A stretch of DNA of 39,339 bases. Source: a virus. Its lineage: Duplodnaviria; Caudoviricetes. The notes beneath the pieces are model-generated. The model did not search any database. It worked only from the letters and a program-made list of their open reading frames with translations, and was not told the DNA's origin. The stretch is from positions 1 through 39,339 of the IMG/VR virus record IMGVR_UViG_3300030325_000017; one strand, 5' to 3'. Both the position numbers and the translations under genes were made by a program. The first letter of the stretch is position 1; the number at the start of each line of letters is the position of its first letter. Shown piece after piece: positions 8,465-17,059 of the stretch.

Positions 8465-8632
8465 ATGGGTAGAGTTATACACAAACAAACGCCAGAGACG
8501 TATTACTTCCCAATGCCCATCTGCTGGCAGCGGGGCGGAGCGTATATGAAGATTTCTCCGAAGTGGAAACGGGTTACTTGCAAGAAATGCCTATACCAGA
8601 GGCGAGGTAGAAGCAAAGTGAGGAAGCCGTGA
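8465..8632 (+). CDS. Small putative Zn-binding protein, paralog of 9364..9525
   Basis: IHK...PIC...WKRVTCKKCL; G-rich RBS. Confidence 0.7.
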   Translation: MGRVIHKQTPETYYFPMPICWQRGGAYMKISPKWKRVTCKKCLYQRRGRSKVRKP

Positions 8633-9090
8633 CTCCATCAAAGCGCGAGGAGCATCCGAGATATCAAATATTAATTCCCGGTGGATACACGATCCATTCC
8701 CATGTGGGAGGGGAAAAGGTTGATGAATCTCATATAACGGTAGCAATGCGGATAGATGGAAACAAAGCCCCCCCAGCAGACCCAATTTATATTTCCCTCA
8801 CCGAAGCCCAGAGCATGGTCGAGGAGGCTAGGCGGGAGGCGAGGGCGGATATGATTAGGGAGATGCGCGAAGAGGGCTATCGCTGTACATTTGGCGACTA
8901 CGACGGATCAATGGATAAAGGCTGGTTCTATTCCGTGGCCGAGTACATGGAGGACAAGGACGCTAAAGCCAAATCCGCCCGTAAGCCGGATGGGAAGGCG
9001 GGGACAACTACGTGTACGCACGGCACTCCGACAGATCAACGCTGGGAATGGTGTAATGCCGCCGCTACCAGTAATCCGGAGTGGGAGTGA
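8629..9090 (+). CDS. Mosaic hypothetical protein, paralog of 9770..10213
   Basis: Shares SKREEHP, QSMVEEARREAR and a 41-aa C-terminus with 9770..10213. Confidence 0.8.
   Translation: MTPSKREEHPRYQILIPGGYTIHSHVGGEKVDESHITVAMRIDGNKAPPADPIYISLTEAQSMVEEARREARADMIREMREEGYRCTFGDYDGSMDKGWFYSVAEYMEDKDAKAKSARKPDGKAGTTTCTHGTPTDQRWEWCNAAATSNPEWE
8965..9090 (+). repeat. 126-bp direct repeat, copy 1
   Basis: Matches 10088..10213 with 4 mismatches by manual comparison. Confidence 0.92.
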
Positions 9091-9380
9091 ACTATTTCTA
9101 TAAATACATTTTCGGTGTGGCCGCAAAAAAGCACTGCGAAAAAATCGAAATTTCGCACGATGAAGTGAAAAGGAAGTCTTTCATGGAAGGTGCGGAGTGG
9201 GCCGCGAGGTACTTCGTGCGGTGCCTTGAGGTGAATTCGAGGGAAGATGCTTCCACTGAGAAATTTCTGGATAAGTTCCGGGTAGCAGATTTGAGAGAGG
9301 CCTTAAACACGCTGATGAAGGAGACCAAGGGAGCAACGATAGAAAGAACGGATGGGGAGGGGCATGAAGAGGATTCATAA
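9087..9380 (+). CDS. Hypothetical protein
   Basis: GTGA overlap; SFMEGAEWA motif common in small phage proteins. Confidence 0.65.
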   Translation: MNYFYKYIFGVAAKKHCEKIEISHDEVKRKSFMEGAEWAARYFVRCLEVNSREDASTEKFLDKFRVADLREALNTLMKETKGATIERTDGEGHEEDS

Positions 9381-9525
9381 GCGCAGCAGGCAAAAATCGT
9401 TTAACGGTGAATGGTTTGTTGCTCCGATTTGCGGAGTCCAAAACAAAACATTCGCATACGGAGCCAGCACAGATTGGAAAAATGTTACGTGCCTGAAATG
9501 TCTAAACAAAAAGGAGAAAAAATGA
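9364..9525 (+). CDS. Small putative Zn-binding protein (53 aa; not in ORF track), paralog of 8465..8632
   Basis: MKRIHKRSRQKSFNGEWFVAPICGVQNKTFAYGASTDWKNVTCLKCLNKKEKK; GGAGG RBS; ATGA overlap with next gene. Confidence 0.75.
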   Translation: MKRIHKRSRQKSFNGEWFVAPICGVQNKTFAYGASTDWKNVTCLKCLNKKEKK

Positions 9526-9773
9526 GCAATAAAGATCAAAAAATCCAGGTGTCTGTGGGCTGTACTGATTTCCTCATTAGCGAGGTGGAAAGCCTGCGTA
9601 GGCAAAATGAACTGCAAGGCGCACAGCTTCGTATTGTCGATAACTTTTTCGGAATGATAAATCGGATTGGCGACAAACCAAGTCAAGGCTTTGGAACAGA
9701 TCCGTTCTGGCAGGCGAAACAGGAAATCAGGAAAGCCACAGATGAGGCCAATACCGTAGCGGGCCAGCCATGA
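9522..9773 (+). CDS. Hypothetical protein
   Basis: AAGGAG RBS, ATGA overlaps at both ends. Confidence 0.7.
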   Translation: MSNKDQKIQVSVGCTDFLISEVESLRRQNELQGAQLRIVDNFFGMINRIGDKPSQGFGTDPFWQAKQEIRKATDEANTVAGQP

Positions 9774-10213
9774 CCACATCAAAGCGCGAGGAGCATCCGC
9801 CGAGGTTGATAGTCCCAAGAAACGAGGTTTTCGCCCAAGGGGGATTTGGAACCTACTTCGCAGTTTGGAACCCCGACGAACCATTTGTTACACATCCGAT
9901 TGAGGATATAGAATACCTCCCCCTCTCCGAGGTTCAGAGCATGGTCGAGGAAGCCAGGCGGGAGGCGAGGGAAATCGGAAGGGCGGATATGCTGCAAGAG
10001 CTTTCCGATGAGATCGACGCAATGGGATGCAGTAAGGCGATGTTTTCGGTGATAGAGTTAATGCTTAGAGAAGATAAAATCAGAGAGAAAGCCAAATCCG
10101 CCCGTAAGCCGGAGGGGAAGGCGGGGACAACTACGTGTACGCACGGCACTCCGACAGATCAACGCTGGGAATGGTGTAATGCCGCCGCTACCAGTAAGCC
10201 GGAGGTGGAGTGA
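9770..10213 (+). CDS. Mosaic hypothetical protein, paralog of 8629..9090
   Basis: Three shared blocks with 8629..9090 separated by unrelated segments. Confidence 0.8.
   Translation: MTTSKREEHPPRLIVPRNEVFAQGGFGTYFAVWNPDEPFVTHPIEDIEYLPLSEVQSMVEEARREAREIGRADMLQELSDEIDAMGCSKAMFSVIELMLREDKIREKAKSARKPEGKAGTTTCTHGTPTDQRWEWCNAAATSKPEVE
10088..10213 (+). repeat. 126-bp direct repeat, copy 2
   Basis: Matches 8965..9090 with 4 mismatches. Confidence 0.92.
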
Positions 10214-10455
10214 TGGAGTTTAGATGGAAGGAAATATCCAGGGCGGCCTACGCCGCTTTGAATATCAATGTGGAAACCGGATGGAAAACATTCGGTTCGG
10301 TTACAGATATTTACGGAGAATTTGGAACTCCATTAATCATGACAGAGTGGGGAATCAAAGATGCCGACTTTCCTATGGTGAAAATGGAAGTAAATCCAAA
10401 AGACCTATCAACCGCTAAATTCTTTATTGCTTACTGGTATGAGGTGCATCCATGA
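10210..10455 (+). CDS. Hypothetical protein
   Basis: Coupled ORF with GGAGG RBS. Confidence 0.65.
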   Translation: MMEFRWKEISRAAYAALNINVETGWKTFGSVTDIYGEFGTPLIMTEWGIKDADFPMVKMEVNPKDLSTAKFFIAYWYEVHP

Positions 10456-10967
10456 CCACCAAGCGCACCGATGCAGAGGCGGCGGAGAAGTTTGAATCTG
10501 ACTGGCATCACAGTAGGTTTGCGTATTCCAAAGACTACACCCCTAAATCGGCATTCCTTGCCGGAGCCGCTTATGCCCGCACCGAGATAGCCGAGGATCT
10601 TCCGGAGGAATGGAAGCCTGGAATAGAGGTCTTCCCAGAGATTGCTGGGAGAGCCAGGGAAATCCCAGTAGAGCCGTTTGTTGAAGTGCCGGTAAAGAGG
10701 CTCACCGAGATGGCAGAGGAGGCTAGTGAGCGAGCGCGTGAGCATAAAGTGAACGTGGAGATTTACAGCGAGGAGATCAAATCCCTCCGCTCCCATCTCG
10801 CCGCCGAACGCGAGAAGGTGAAGGAGGAGCTGCGGCAGGTGAGGGATACGCTGCATGATTCCATTCATTCAATGAAGCATCCAGAAGAGACAGATTGGTT
10901 GCGCGGATCAATTGAGCTATGCAGAGAAGCCATCGCCCTGCTGGATAAGATGCTGGGGGAGAGGTGA
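10452..10967 (+). CDS. Hypothetical protein
   Basis: ATGA-coupled; AFLAGAAYA motif; coiled-coil C-terminus. Confidence 0.7.
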   Translation: MTTKRTDAEAAEKFESDWHHSRFAYSKDYTPKSAFLAGAAYARTEIAEDLPEEWKPGIEVFPEIAGRAREIPVEPFVEVPVKRLTEMAEEASERAREHKVNVEIYSEEIKSLRSHLAAEREKVKEELRQVRDTLHDSIHSMKHPEETDWLRGSIELCREAIALLDKMLGER

Positions 10968-11197
10968 GCAAGTTTTGCAATAAACACCCAAAGGAGAAGC
11001 TCGTAACGACAGAATGCCATCGGTGCCGTGGCGACGGAATGGTGGAAGACGACGACAACCTACCTTGGGAGCCAGCGATAGTAAGGTGTTGGAGCTGCGG
11101 CGGATCAGGAGAATCCTGGCCTTTCTGCGAGCTTTGCGAGGATGAAGCTCAGTACGAAGAGGAGCGGGCGGATCTTGAGGCGGAACGAAGGCTTTGA
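10964..11197 (+). CDS. Small Cys-rich protein with DnaJ-type zinc-finger motifs
   Basis: CHRCRGDG and CWSCGGSG (CxxCxGxG), plus CNKH and CELC. Confidence 0.7.
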   Translation: MSKFCNKHPKEKLVTTECHRCRGDGMVEDDDNLPWEPAIVRCWSCGGSGESWPFCELCEDEAQYEEERADLEAERRL

Positions 11198-11281
11198 TCG
11201 TTAGCGCGTCCGAAGCGGAGAAGGGGGAAGTGTGAAGCCCCGCACCGACTCTCCGCCAACGCCCCTCTGCTACCCTAGGCC

Positions 11282-11575
11282 ATGACCTCACGATACCGCA
11301 CCAGGTTCATCCCCGAGTTCCCTATTTGGAAAGAAGAGGACGGCTTCTACACCTGCGAGAAAGATGCTCTGGAGGCCGTTATACGCTCCGAGGGCGTCGA
11401 TGAGGAGCTTACCAAGCGAAGGATGGGCCACGGCCATCCCCTCCTCGCCCAGGCCCTCTCAGGAGTGCGGCTGACTCGTTACGAGGTGCAGATGGTCGAG
11501 TGGGGGATATCGAGGGAAGGTAAGCCGCGGATAGGCGACTTCGCAGGGCTGGCTACCGGCCCCGGTGACTACTAG
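11282..11575 (+). CDS. Hypothetical protein, last gene of the rightward arm
   Basis: 97-aa ORF, 3' end overlaps the convergent ligase-like gene by 23 bp. Confidence 0.55.
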   Translation: MTSRYRTRFIPEFPIWKEEDGFYTCEKDALEAVIRSEGVDEELTKRRMGHGHPLLAQALSGVRLTRYEVQMVEWGISREGKPRIGDFAGLATGPGDY

Positions 11576-12623
11576 AAAACGCCAGGCAAAATAAAAAGGC
11601 GGTCGGGAGAAACCGGAACGGAAAGTTCCCGCCCGCATTCACGGCCAGGGCGATAATCACGGCCGCGCGCGCCGGATCCCTTTCCCTGGTAGCCCGCCAG
11701 ATAACGACAAAGAGGGCGAAAATAGCGGCCGGCAATCCTAAAGAATGTGCCAGCTGGAGCCAATCTGAGTGAACCTGCAGCCAAGTTCCTGGATAGTCAA
11801 TTTTCCAATGGGGATAGAGTCCGGCCCATGATCCTGGCCCCCAACCCATGAAAGGACGCTCCAATATACCTCGCCACGCAGCGGCCCACGGGAGATGCCT
11901 TCCGTTCACGGAGAGGAACGAGATCCCAGGTTTTAGCGCCCAGGCGGCCGTGAGCGCCGCACCACCGGCGAACATGAAGCCGAACGCCCACTCCCTTCGA
12001 CTGGCCTTCCATAGCGCCACCACGGCGCTTAAACCGAGGGCTGCGCATGCCATTGTGGAATTGCAGGACAATACCGCTACCATACCTATCGCCGCCTCGA
12101 GGCGAGACCACCGCATCCAGGCCCACGGTACCAGCGCAGACAAGAAAGCGCCCAGAAGAGTCGGATTTCCCATGGTGCCATGTCCCGGAAAATCGAATCC
12201 CCGGAGGACAATCGTGAGGGGCCCGCCGGCCCCCAATACTTGAAGAACTGCCAGTATCGCTTGCAAGAGAAACGTAACCCTCAGCGCAATCCATACCGCG
12301 GCCTCTCGCCCACGGAGCAAGCATACGAGGGCCGCCATCGCTATCGGAAAAACGACCTCTTCGTAGCCGTAGGCATCTCGGCCCAAAATGGCCCACCACA
12401 CCGCCGACCATGCCCATACGCAAGCCAAAGCCCACCCATAATCTTTGGCGATAAATCGTGCACCGATTGGCGCGAGTGCTAGCACGGCCATTTCTATACG
12501 CGCCTCGCGAAACGGATCACCACCGAGGCCGGGAACGTAAGCGTTCATCATGAGAAAAACGGCCGATAAGGCGCAGAGGCAAATAACCCAATCGACTTTG
12601 AAACGAGAATAGCCAAGCATCAT
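11553..12623 (-). CDS. O-antigen ligase / O-oligosaccharyltransferase family (Wzy_C) polytopic membrane protein
   Basis: About 10 hydrophobic segments; GTMGNPTLLG, GRHLPWAAAWRGILERPFMGWGPGSW and QVHSDWLQLAHSLGL match the R..W......P..G.G.G and HN..LQ.....G signatures of WaaL/PglL/TfpO. Confidence 0.85.
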   Translation of the reverse strand: MMLGYSRFKVDWVICLCALSAVFLMMNAYVPGLGGDPFREARIEMAVLALAPIGARFIAKDYGWALACVWAWSAVWWAILGRDAYGYEEVVFPIAMAALVCLLRGREAAVWIALRVTFLLQAILAVLQVLGAGGPLTIVLRGFDFPGHGTMGNPTLLGAFLSALVPWAWMRWSRLEAAIGMVAVLSCNSTMACAALGLSAVVALWKASRREWAFGFMFAGGAALTAAWALKPGISFLSVNGRHLPWAAAWRGILERPFMGWGPGSWAGLYPHWKIDYPGTWLQVHSDWLQLAHSLGLPAAIFALFVVIWRATRERDPARAAVIIALAVNAGGNFPFRFLPTAFLFCLAFSSSHRGR

Positions 12624-13048
12624 TAGTTCGCCGCGGGATCAGAGGGAAAATCACGTAGATAGACGGGCTCCGGCGCGTATGCCCAATACCGCGTCATTTG
12701 ATGGAAAAACTTGGCGATTTTCTGCTTGTCCTCGTAGGTGCATTTTCCTGGAGCATAGGAACACAGCTTTTCAATAATACTTTTCCAATCAGCAAAGGTT
12801 TCTACATAGGTGCAGACCATTGGATGGGAGAGATCTTCCCACATTCGATTGAACTCCGTGAGCGGCACATGGCGCTTTTCCATAGTGAGAGTGTGAAACT
12901 CGGCGGCCCCATCGCGACCAAGGGATCCCAGCCAGGTTGAATCCTTGAGCTGGACCTTGGCGCAGCTAGTGCTTAGTAGCAATGCCGTCCCAATGAATGA
13001 TATCTCCCCAATCGTCCATGGCCTTTTCGACAGCCTTCTTAATTTCAT
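12623..13048 (-). CDS. Lipoprotein, o-spanin (Rz1)-like
   Basis: Basic N-terminus, hydrophobic stretch, lipobox-like LSTSC; starts 83 bp inside the upstream gene as in overlapped Rz/Rz1 pairs. Confidence 0.55.
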   Translation of the reverse strand: MKLRRLSKRPWTIGEISFIGTALLLSTSCAKVQLKDSTWLGSLGRDGAAEFHTLTMEKRHVPLTEFNRMWEDLSHPMVCTYVETFADWKSIIEKLCSYAPGKCTYEDKQKIAKFFHQMTRYWAYAPEPVYLRDFPSDPAAN

Positions 13049-13355
13049 CGGGGTTTCCTCTCTTATGCGCTTCCTGTAGGTCAGCCAGCGATTTCAATGT
13101 TGCGCGAAGTTCAGCGTCCGTTTGGATATCAATCACGATTGTGAGTGCGCCATCTTGCATGGCGAAAGAAAGCTTGCCGGCATACTTGTCCACGAGATGC
13201 TCAAAAATCTGCTTCACGACAGGAAGGGCGAGAGGTGGAAACTGCTCCTCAGCGAACTTTTCTATGACAGGAGCAGCAACGCCGGTGACGAGCATGGAGA
13301 TGAGCTTATTTATAAAGCTCGCGAACGCATTCTCTTTCACCGGCGCACTGCCCAC
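12966..13355 (-). CDS. Helical protein, possible i-spanin (Rz)-like
   Basis: Position and overlap with the lipoprotein gene; only moderately hydrophobic N-terminus. Confidence 0.4.
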   Translation of the reverse strand: MGSAPVKENAFASFINKLISMLVTGVAAPVIEKFAEEQFPPLALPVVKQIFEHLVDKYAGKLSFAMQDGALTIVIDIQTDAELRATLKSLADLQEAHKRGNPDEIKKAVEKAMDDWGDIIHWDGIATKH

Positions 13356-13358
13356 GGA

Positions 13359-13640
13359 TTAGTTCCCCGGGATCGCTGGCGCGGCCGGGACATCAGCGGC
13401 AACACCGACCGCAGCCACATGCGCGAGAACCTCTTCCGAGGTGCGGCCGAAGATCTTGCCCAAGAATGCCGCCGCTGCGTCGTCCACCGGCGTCCCGGTC
13501 TTCTTGGTAAGTTTCACGATCTCTGAATATAGGTCCACCTTAGCAGACACGGCCAGTTCCACCTCGAGCTTGTCGTTGATATCCAAGGACAAGTGCCCGA
13601 TTTTACCAATTGCTACGTCTACTTCTTTTCCTTCCAGCAT
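13359..13640 (-). CDS. Hypothetical protein in lysis cluster
   Basis: AAGGAG RBS before ATG 13640; frame also open upstream to TTG 13811. Confidence 0.65.
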   Translation of the reverse strand: MLEGKEVDVAIGKIGHLSLDINDKLEVELAVSAKVDLYSEIVKLTKKTGTPVDDAAAAFLGKIFGRTSEEVLAHVAAVGVAADVPAAPAIPGN

Positions 13641-13849
13641 GAAATTCTCCTTGGTTGATGTCAGTTTTTTTAAAAAGAAACGCCCCATGGGTAGCATAAG
13701 TCGAAGAATGACGAGCAGGAGAGAGACAGCAACATAGCTAACGTAGCCACGTATAGCATCAGCCACACCATGCCAAGCTTCATCTGATACCCTGAGAATC
13801 CATTCCCACAAGCCATTAGCTTGAAGTTCTACGTCTCGTCTGCCAAATG

Positions 13850-14143
13850 CTATTTGTGATGCCCATCCTCAAAGACAGAAAATTTCCCTTTGAGCCAGGC
13901 GAGACTCTCGCGGATTTCCGCCAGTTCCTTCAGGACCGTAGAATCCACCGTTTGAAGTTCCACACGAAGGGCGTAAATTTCCTTATCTTTTTGATCCATG
14001 GATTTCTCTAATGCGCGTATTCTCCACGCGAGCAGCTCCACGCGAACTATTCCGCCGACAATAAAAATAGCGATACCGACGAATACCTGCCACAAATCGA
14101 CCAGCAGCTGAACTTTCTCTAACATTGGCCATCCATGAACCAC
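13850..14143 (-). CDS. Holin-like membrane protein (one TM plus coiled coil)
   Basis: WQVFVGIAIFIVGGIV TM segment then heptad-like region; immediately after the tail fibre gene; start uncertain. Confidence 0.5.
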   Translation of the reverse strand: MVHGWPMLEKVQLLVDLWQVFVGIAIFIVGGIVRVELLAWRIRALEKSMDQKDKEIYALRVELQTVDSTVLKELAEIRESLAWLKGKFSVFEDGHHK

Positions 14144-14151
14144 CCACTCTC

Positions 14152-16578
14152 CTAGTTACTCATCCTGGTGCCGCTGAACTCCACGTATGCGCCCGTACTC
14201 TGCGAAGTTGTGTCGTTTACTTTCGCGCGGACCACATCCCCAACACTTAGGTATGAGCACCAGCCAACGTTCATTGGGTTGTCTGCGTTCGATGGAGTCA
14301 TTGTTGCTCTGCGCCCCTGGGCATAAGTCATGGTGTAGACGCCAGTGGTTAGAGCTGAATCGTTTACAGTGATTCCGTAAACTCCAGCTCCAGCGCTTCT
14401 TGCGTCCGAATAGCTGAAGCACCAATTTCCTGCTGTATTGATCGTTATACGCGTTCCGTTGGTGGAGTTGTCTGCGATCGTGAAGCCAGGACCTACGCTC
14501 GCCCGAGTATTTGTGAAGCGCCGCACGTAGGTATCCGTGGAGCCAAGGCCGTTCCCAGTGTCGAGATGGAAATAGTCCCTCGGCGCTGTGAGCGTACCCG
14601 AACTTACGGAGGTCCAGCCGGAGATGGGGACACTAAACTCAAATGTAAAGTATGCGCCATTCGTAAACAGCGTAGATCCGTTTGATTTTACATACCCAGT
14701 GGAGTCAGTTTGCCAAGCAACGTAAACATTAGAAGTATCAGACCCATCATAGAAAATATTATTAGAAAACCCGTTTCCAGATGAAGCGTTGAAAATATTC
14801 AGCGCAGCAGAGGAAGACATTCCACGAGAAAATCCTAGATATTGGCCCTTGCTATTACTGGATAGTTTGGAGGCATCAATCTTCATTCCAGCAGGAAGCG
14901 CTAACGATGCAGTAGATGCTGCCACCGTCCCCATAATAAAAAATCCCCAGAAATGGGCAGTGTCCCCCACGCGTCTGTATTCATAGAAGGCATTTGTCGT
15001 AGTGCCAAACCCCGCAGACGGAGTTAACGCCGCACTTGAGTTTGTAATCCAATCACTCAAGCTCAGGATCGGCGAGGTGCCGCCGCCGGAGGACCAGCCG
15101 GAAATGGGGGCGCGAATCATTGCAACGACGACAGTTTCTCCGGAACTTCCAAGCTGCGTGCCGTTCACAACGGTCATAGGGTCAACGCTGGAGTTGTCGA
15201 ACGTGGCGCTGGTTCCGAAATTTACATAGGCGTTTCCGGATTGAAGAATAATCGGGCCACCATGACTCGTGAAGCTTGCGCCGCCTCTAAACCATGGTCC
15301 AACAGCCTTCTTGCTCGCCACCTTTGTACTGTCGATTACAATCCCATTAGGGAGAGAAATCCTGGCCTCAGATGCGGCCGTGGTGCCGAGAGTCACAGAG
15401 CCATAAATCTCTACCGAGTCGCCGTTTCTGCGCCACCAGAAGTCAGGGCTTGAGGTAGTTCCCATGCCAGAGAACGTCGGCGTATAAGGCGCCCAATCGC
15501 TCACCGGCACGTTGGCCTGCGTGAGGTCGGGCTCTACTTTGATGTCGTCGAGATGGATTGTAGCCGCAGCGTCCGTGGTACCGGCGATGTGGAGCCCGAT
15601 CCTAAGCTGCGCGGCAGAGGTCTGAGAGATGAAGGTGGCGTGAAGCGTTCCCTGTGTGCCAGTGATTCCTTGAATCACTGTGCTGGGCCCTAAAAGTGCG
15701 CTATTCGTCACGTCATAGGCGTAGGGAATGAAATCGCCAGAATTGATCGTTCCGGTAGTAGTGTATTTCGCTACGAGCCTGAAAGGCTGGCCCCGGTATC
15801 CACCGACAGAATTCCCGGGAAGGTTAATCAATAGCGAGCAGCCCTCGCCCTGGCGGGAAGCCCCGCTCGATTTTGTGACTAGGAGGTCGGCGGTGCCATT
15901 GATCGGGCTAGAAGTATTACGGGCACAGGTGGTATTTGGCGATCCACCCGTCATATCCACGGGGACGGTGCCGGCGGCGTCCGCATAGGCGGCCCACTCC
16001 TCGGAAGCTGTCTCGATATCTGAGTTATAGGTCTTCGTTTGCTGCCAGTTATTCGCGGCCGTGTCGAGGATCGCGATGTTGAACGCGCCCGCGCCGGCGC
16101 CTCCGCCAATCTCACTCTCCGTCCCTGCACTGGTCTTTTTATAGAGCTTGCCGTCGCTCTTGAAGTAGAGCGCATCCTTCCCGGATGCCGGGCTCGAGGG
16201 AGCTGAAACTTCGTTTAGCGTGAATCCATCCAACTGTGGCACGGCGCAAAATGAGGGATCGGCACCCGTGGATCCGCATAGAACCTGGCTGCTCGTGCCC
16301 ACGGTGGTAGCCCCTGGAGCGCGCGTGCCCGCCCCAATAAGAACGCCATGATTTGTTAGGGCGCTCGAGCTGTAGAGATAACCAAATACAGATCCTGCCG
16401 AATTCTTCCAATAGGGGAATCCATCACTAGTGAGAAAATATCCGTAAACGGTTCCCGAAGCAGGAGAGCCTGGCGCGGATCCCTGTGTGGAAAACTGCAC
16501 CGTGTCGGTCGGCGTATTCCTCGCCGAGGCACTCAGCGGCAAAAGAAGCGATAGGGCTAATAAGATTATATTCATCAT
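14152..16578 (-). CDS. Tail fibre / receptor-binding-like protein with N-terminal signal peptide
   Basis: Last large gene of tail module; S/T/G-rich beta modules with internal duplications; start 16578 (GGAG RBS, ATGA overlap) gives MMNIILLALSLLLPLSASA|R. Confidence 0.75.
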   Translation of the reverse strand: MMNIILLALSLLLPLSASARNTPTDTVQFSTQGSAPGSPASGTVYGYFLTSDGFPYWKNSAGSVFGYLYSSSALTNHGVLIGAGTRAPGATTVGTSSQVLCGSTGADPSFCAVPQLDGFTLNEVSAPSSPASGKDALYFKSDGKLYKKTSAGTESEIGGGAGAGAFNIAILDTAANNWQQTKTYNSDIETASEEWAAYADAAGTVPVDMTGGSPNTTCARNTSSPINGTADLLVTKSSGASRQGEGCSLLINLPGNSVGGYRGQPFRLVAKYTTTGTINSGDFIPYAYDVTNSALLGPSTVIQGITGTQGTLHATFISQTSAAQLRIGLHIAGTTDAAATIHLDDIKVEPDLTQANVPVSDWAPYTPTFSGMGTTSSPDFWWRRNGDSVEIYGSVTLGTTAASEARISLPNGIVIDSTKVASKKAVGPWFRGGASFTSHGGPIILQSGNAYVNFGTSATFDNSSVDPMTVVNGTQLGSSGETVVVAMIRAPISGWSSGGGTSPILSLSDWITNSSAALTPSAGFGTTTNAFYEYRRVGDTAHFWGFFIMGTVAASTASLALPAGMKIDASKLSSNSKGQYLGFSRGMSSSAALNIFNASSGNGFSNNIFYDGSDTSNVYVAWQTDSTGYVKSNGSTLFTNGAYFTFEFSVPISGWTSVSSGTLTAPRDYFHLDTGNGLGSTDTYVRRFTNTRASVGPGFTIADNSTNGTRITINTAGNWCFSYSDARSAGAGVYGITVNDSALTTGVYTMTYAQGRRATMTPSNADNPMNVGWCSYLSVGDVVRAKVNDTTSQSTGAYVEFSGTRMSN

Positions 16579-17051
16579 ACGATTTCTCCAATTCCATTCC
16601 AGTAGCTCTGGCGCCATAGGCTAGATCCGTTGTCCCAGTGAAAAGTTATGTGCGTTCCGGCCTTAGATCGGATCTGACCCTGTGGCATATGGAGGCCGTT
16701 TCCCGTCTCGAGCAGAACTGTGTCTGTGTCGCTCGTGAAGATGAGGTGCAGGAACTGACCATCGCGCGTGCCGGCAGCGATCTGCGGGTTCGCGGACATG
16801 TCCACCGCGCCACTATTTCCCTTCAAATACATCAGGCAATCCTGCTCAGACGAAGTCATGCCGTGGGCAATCGAAGTTCCGGCCACAGCTGAATATGGCG
16901 AGGCGAACGTATTTGTTATTCTGCGCCCCATAGAAAAGTACGTAGAAAGATAGCCCAAAGTAATCAGATCGTAGGTCTGTAGGGGCGTGCCGGGATCGGG
17001 GAGCGCTGAAGTCTCCCAGGCGAGGTTTACTCTGTAAAGTCGGCTTTCCAT
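16575..17051 (-). CDS. Tail-tip associated protein
   Basis: Position between hub-like and fibre-like genes; beta-rich. Confidence 0.55.
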   Translation of the reverse strand: MESRLYRVNLAWETSALPDPGTPLQTYDLITLGYLSTYFSMGRRITNTFASPYSAVAGTSIAHGMTSSEQDCLMYLKGNSGAVDMSANPQIAAGTRDGQFLHLIFTSDTDTVLLETGNGLHMPQGQIRSKAGTHITFHWDNGSSLWRQSYWNGIGEIV

Positions 17052-17059
17052 TTTCTACC

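Noticed and set aside
8965-10213. Diversity-generating retroelement TR/VR pair
   Set aside because: No reverse transcriptase in the genome; only 4 mismatches, not adenine-specific on the coding strand; both copies are coding
11215-11256. Structured ncRNA or terminator in the intergenic gap (GCGGAGA...TCTCCGC)
   Set aside because: Only a 7-bp stem in GC-rich DNA with no U tract; not enough evidence
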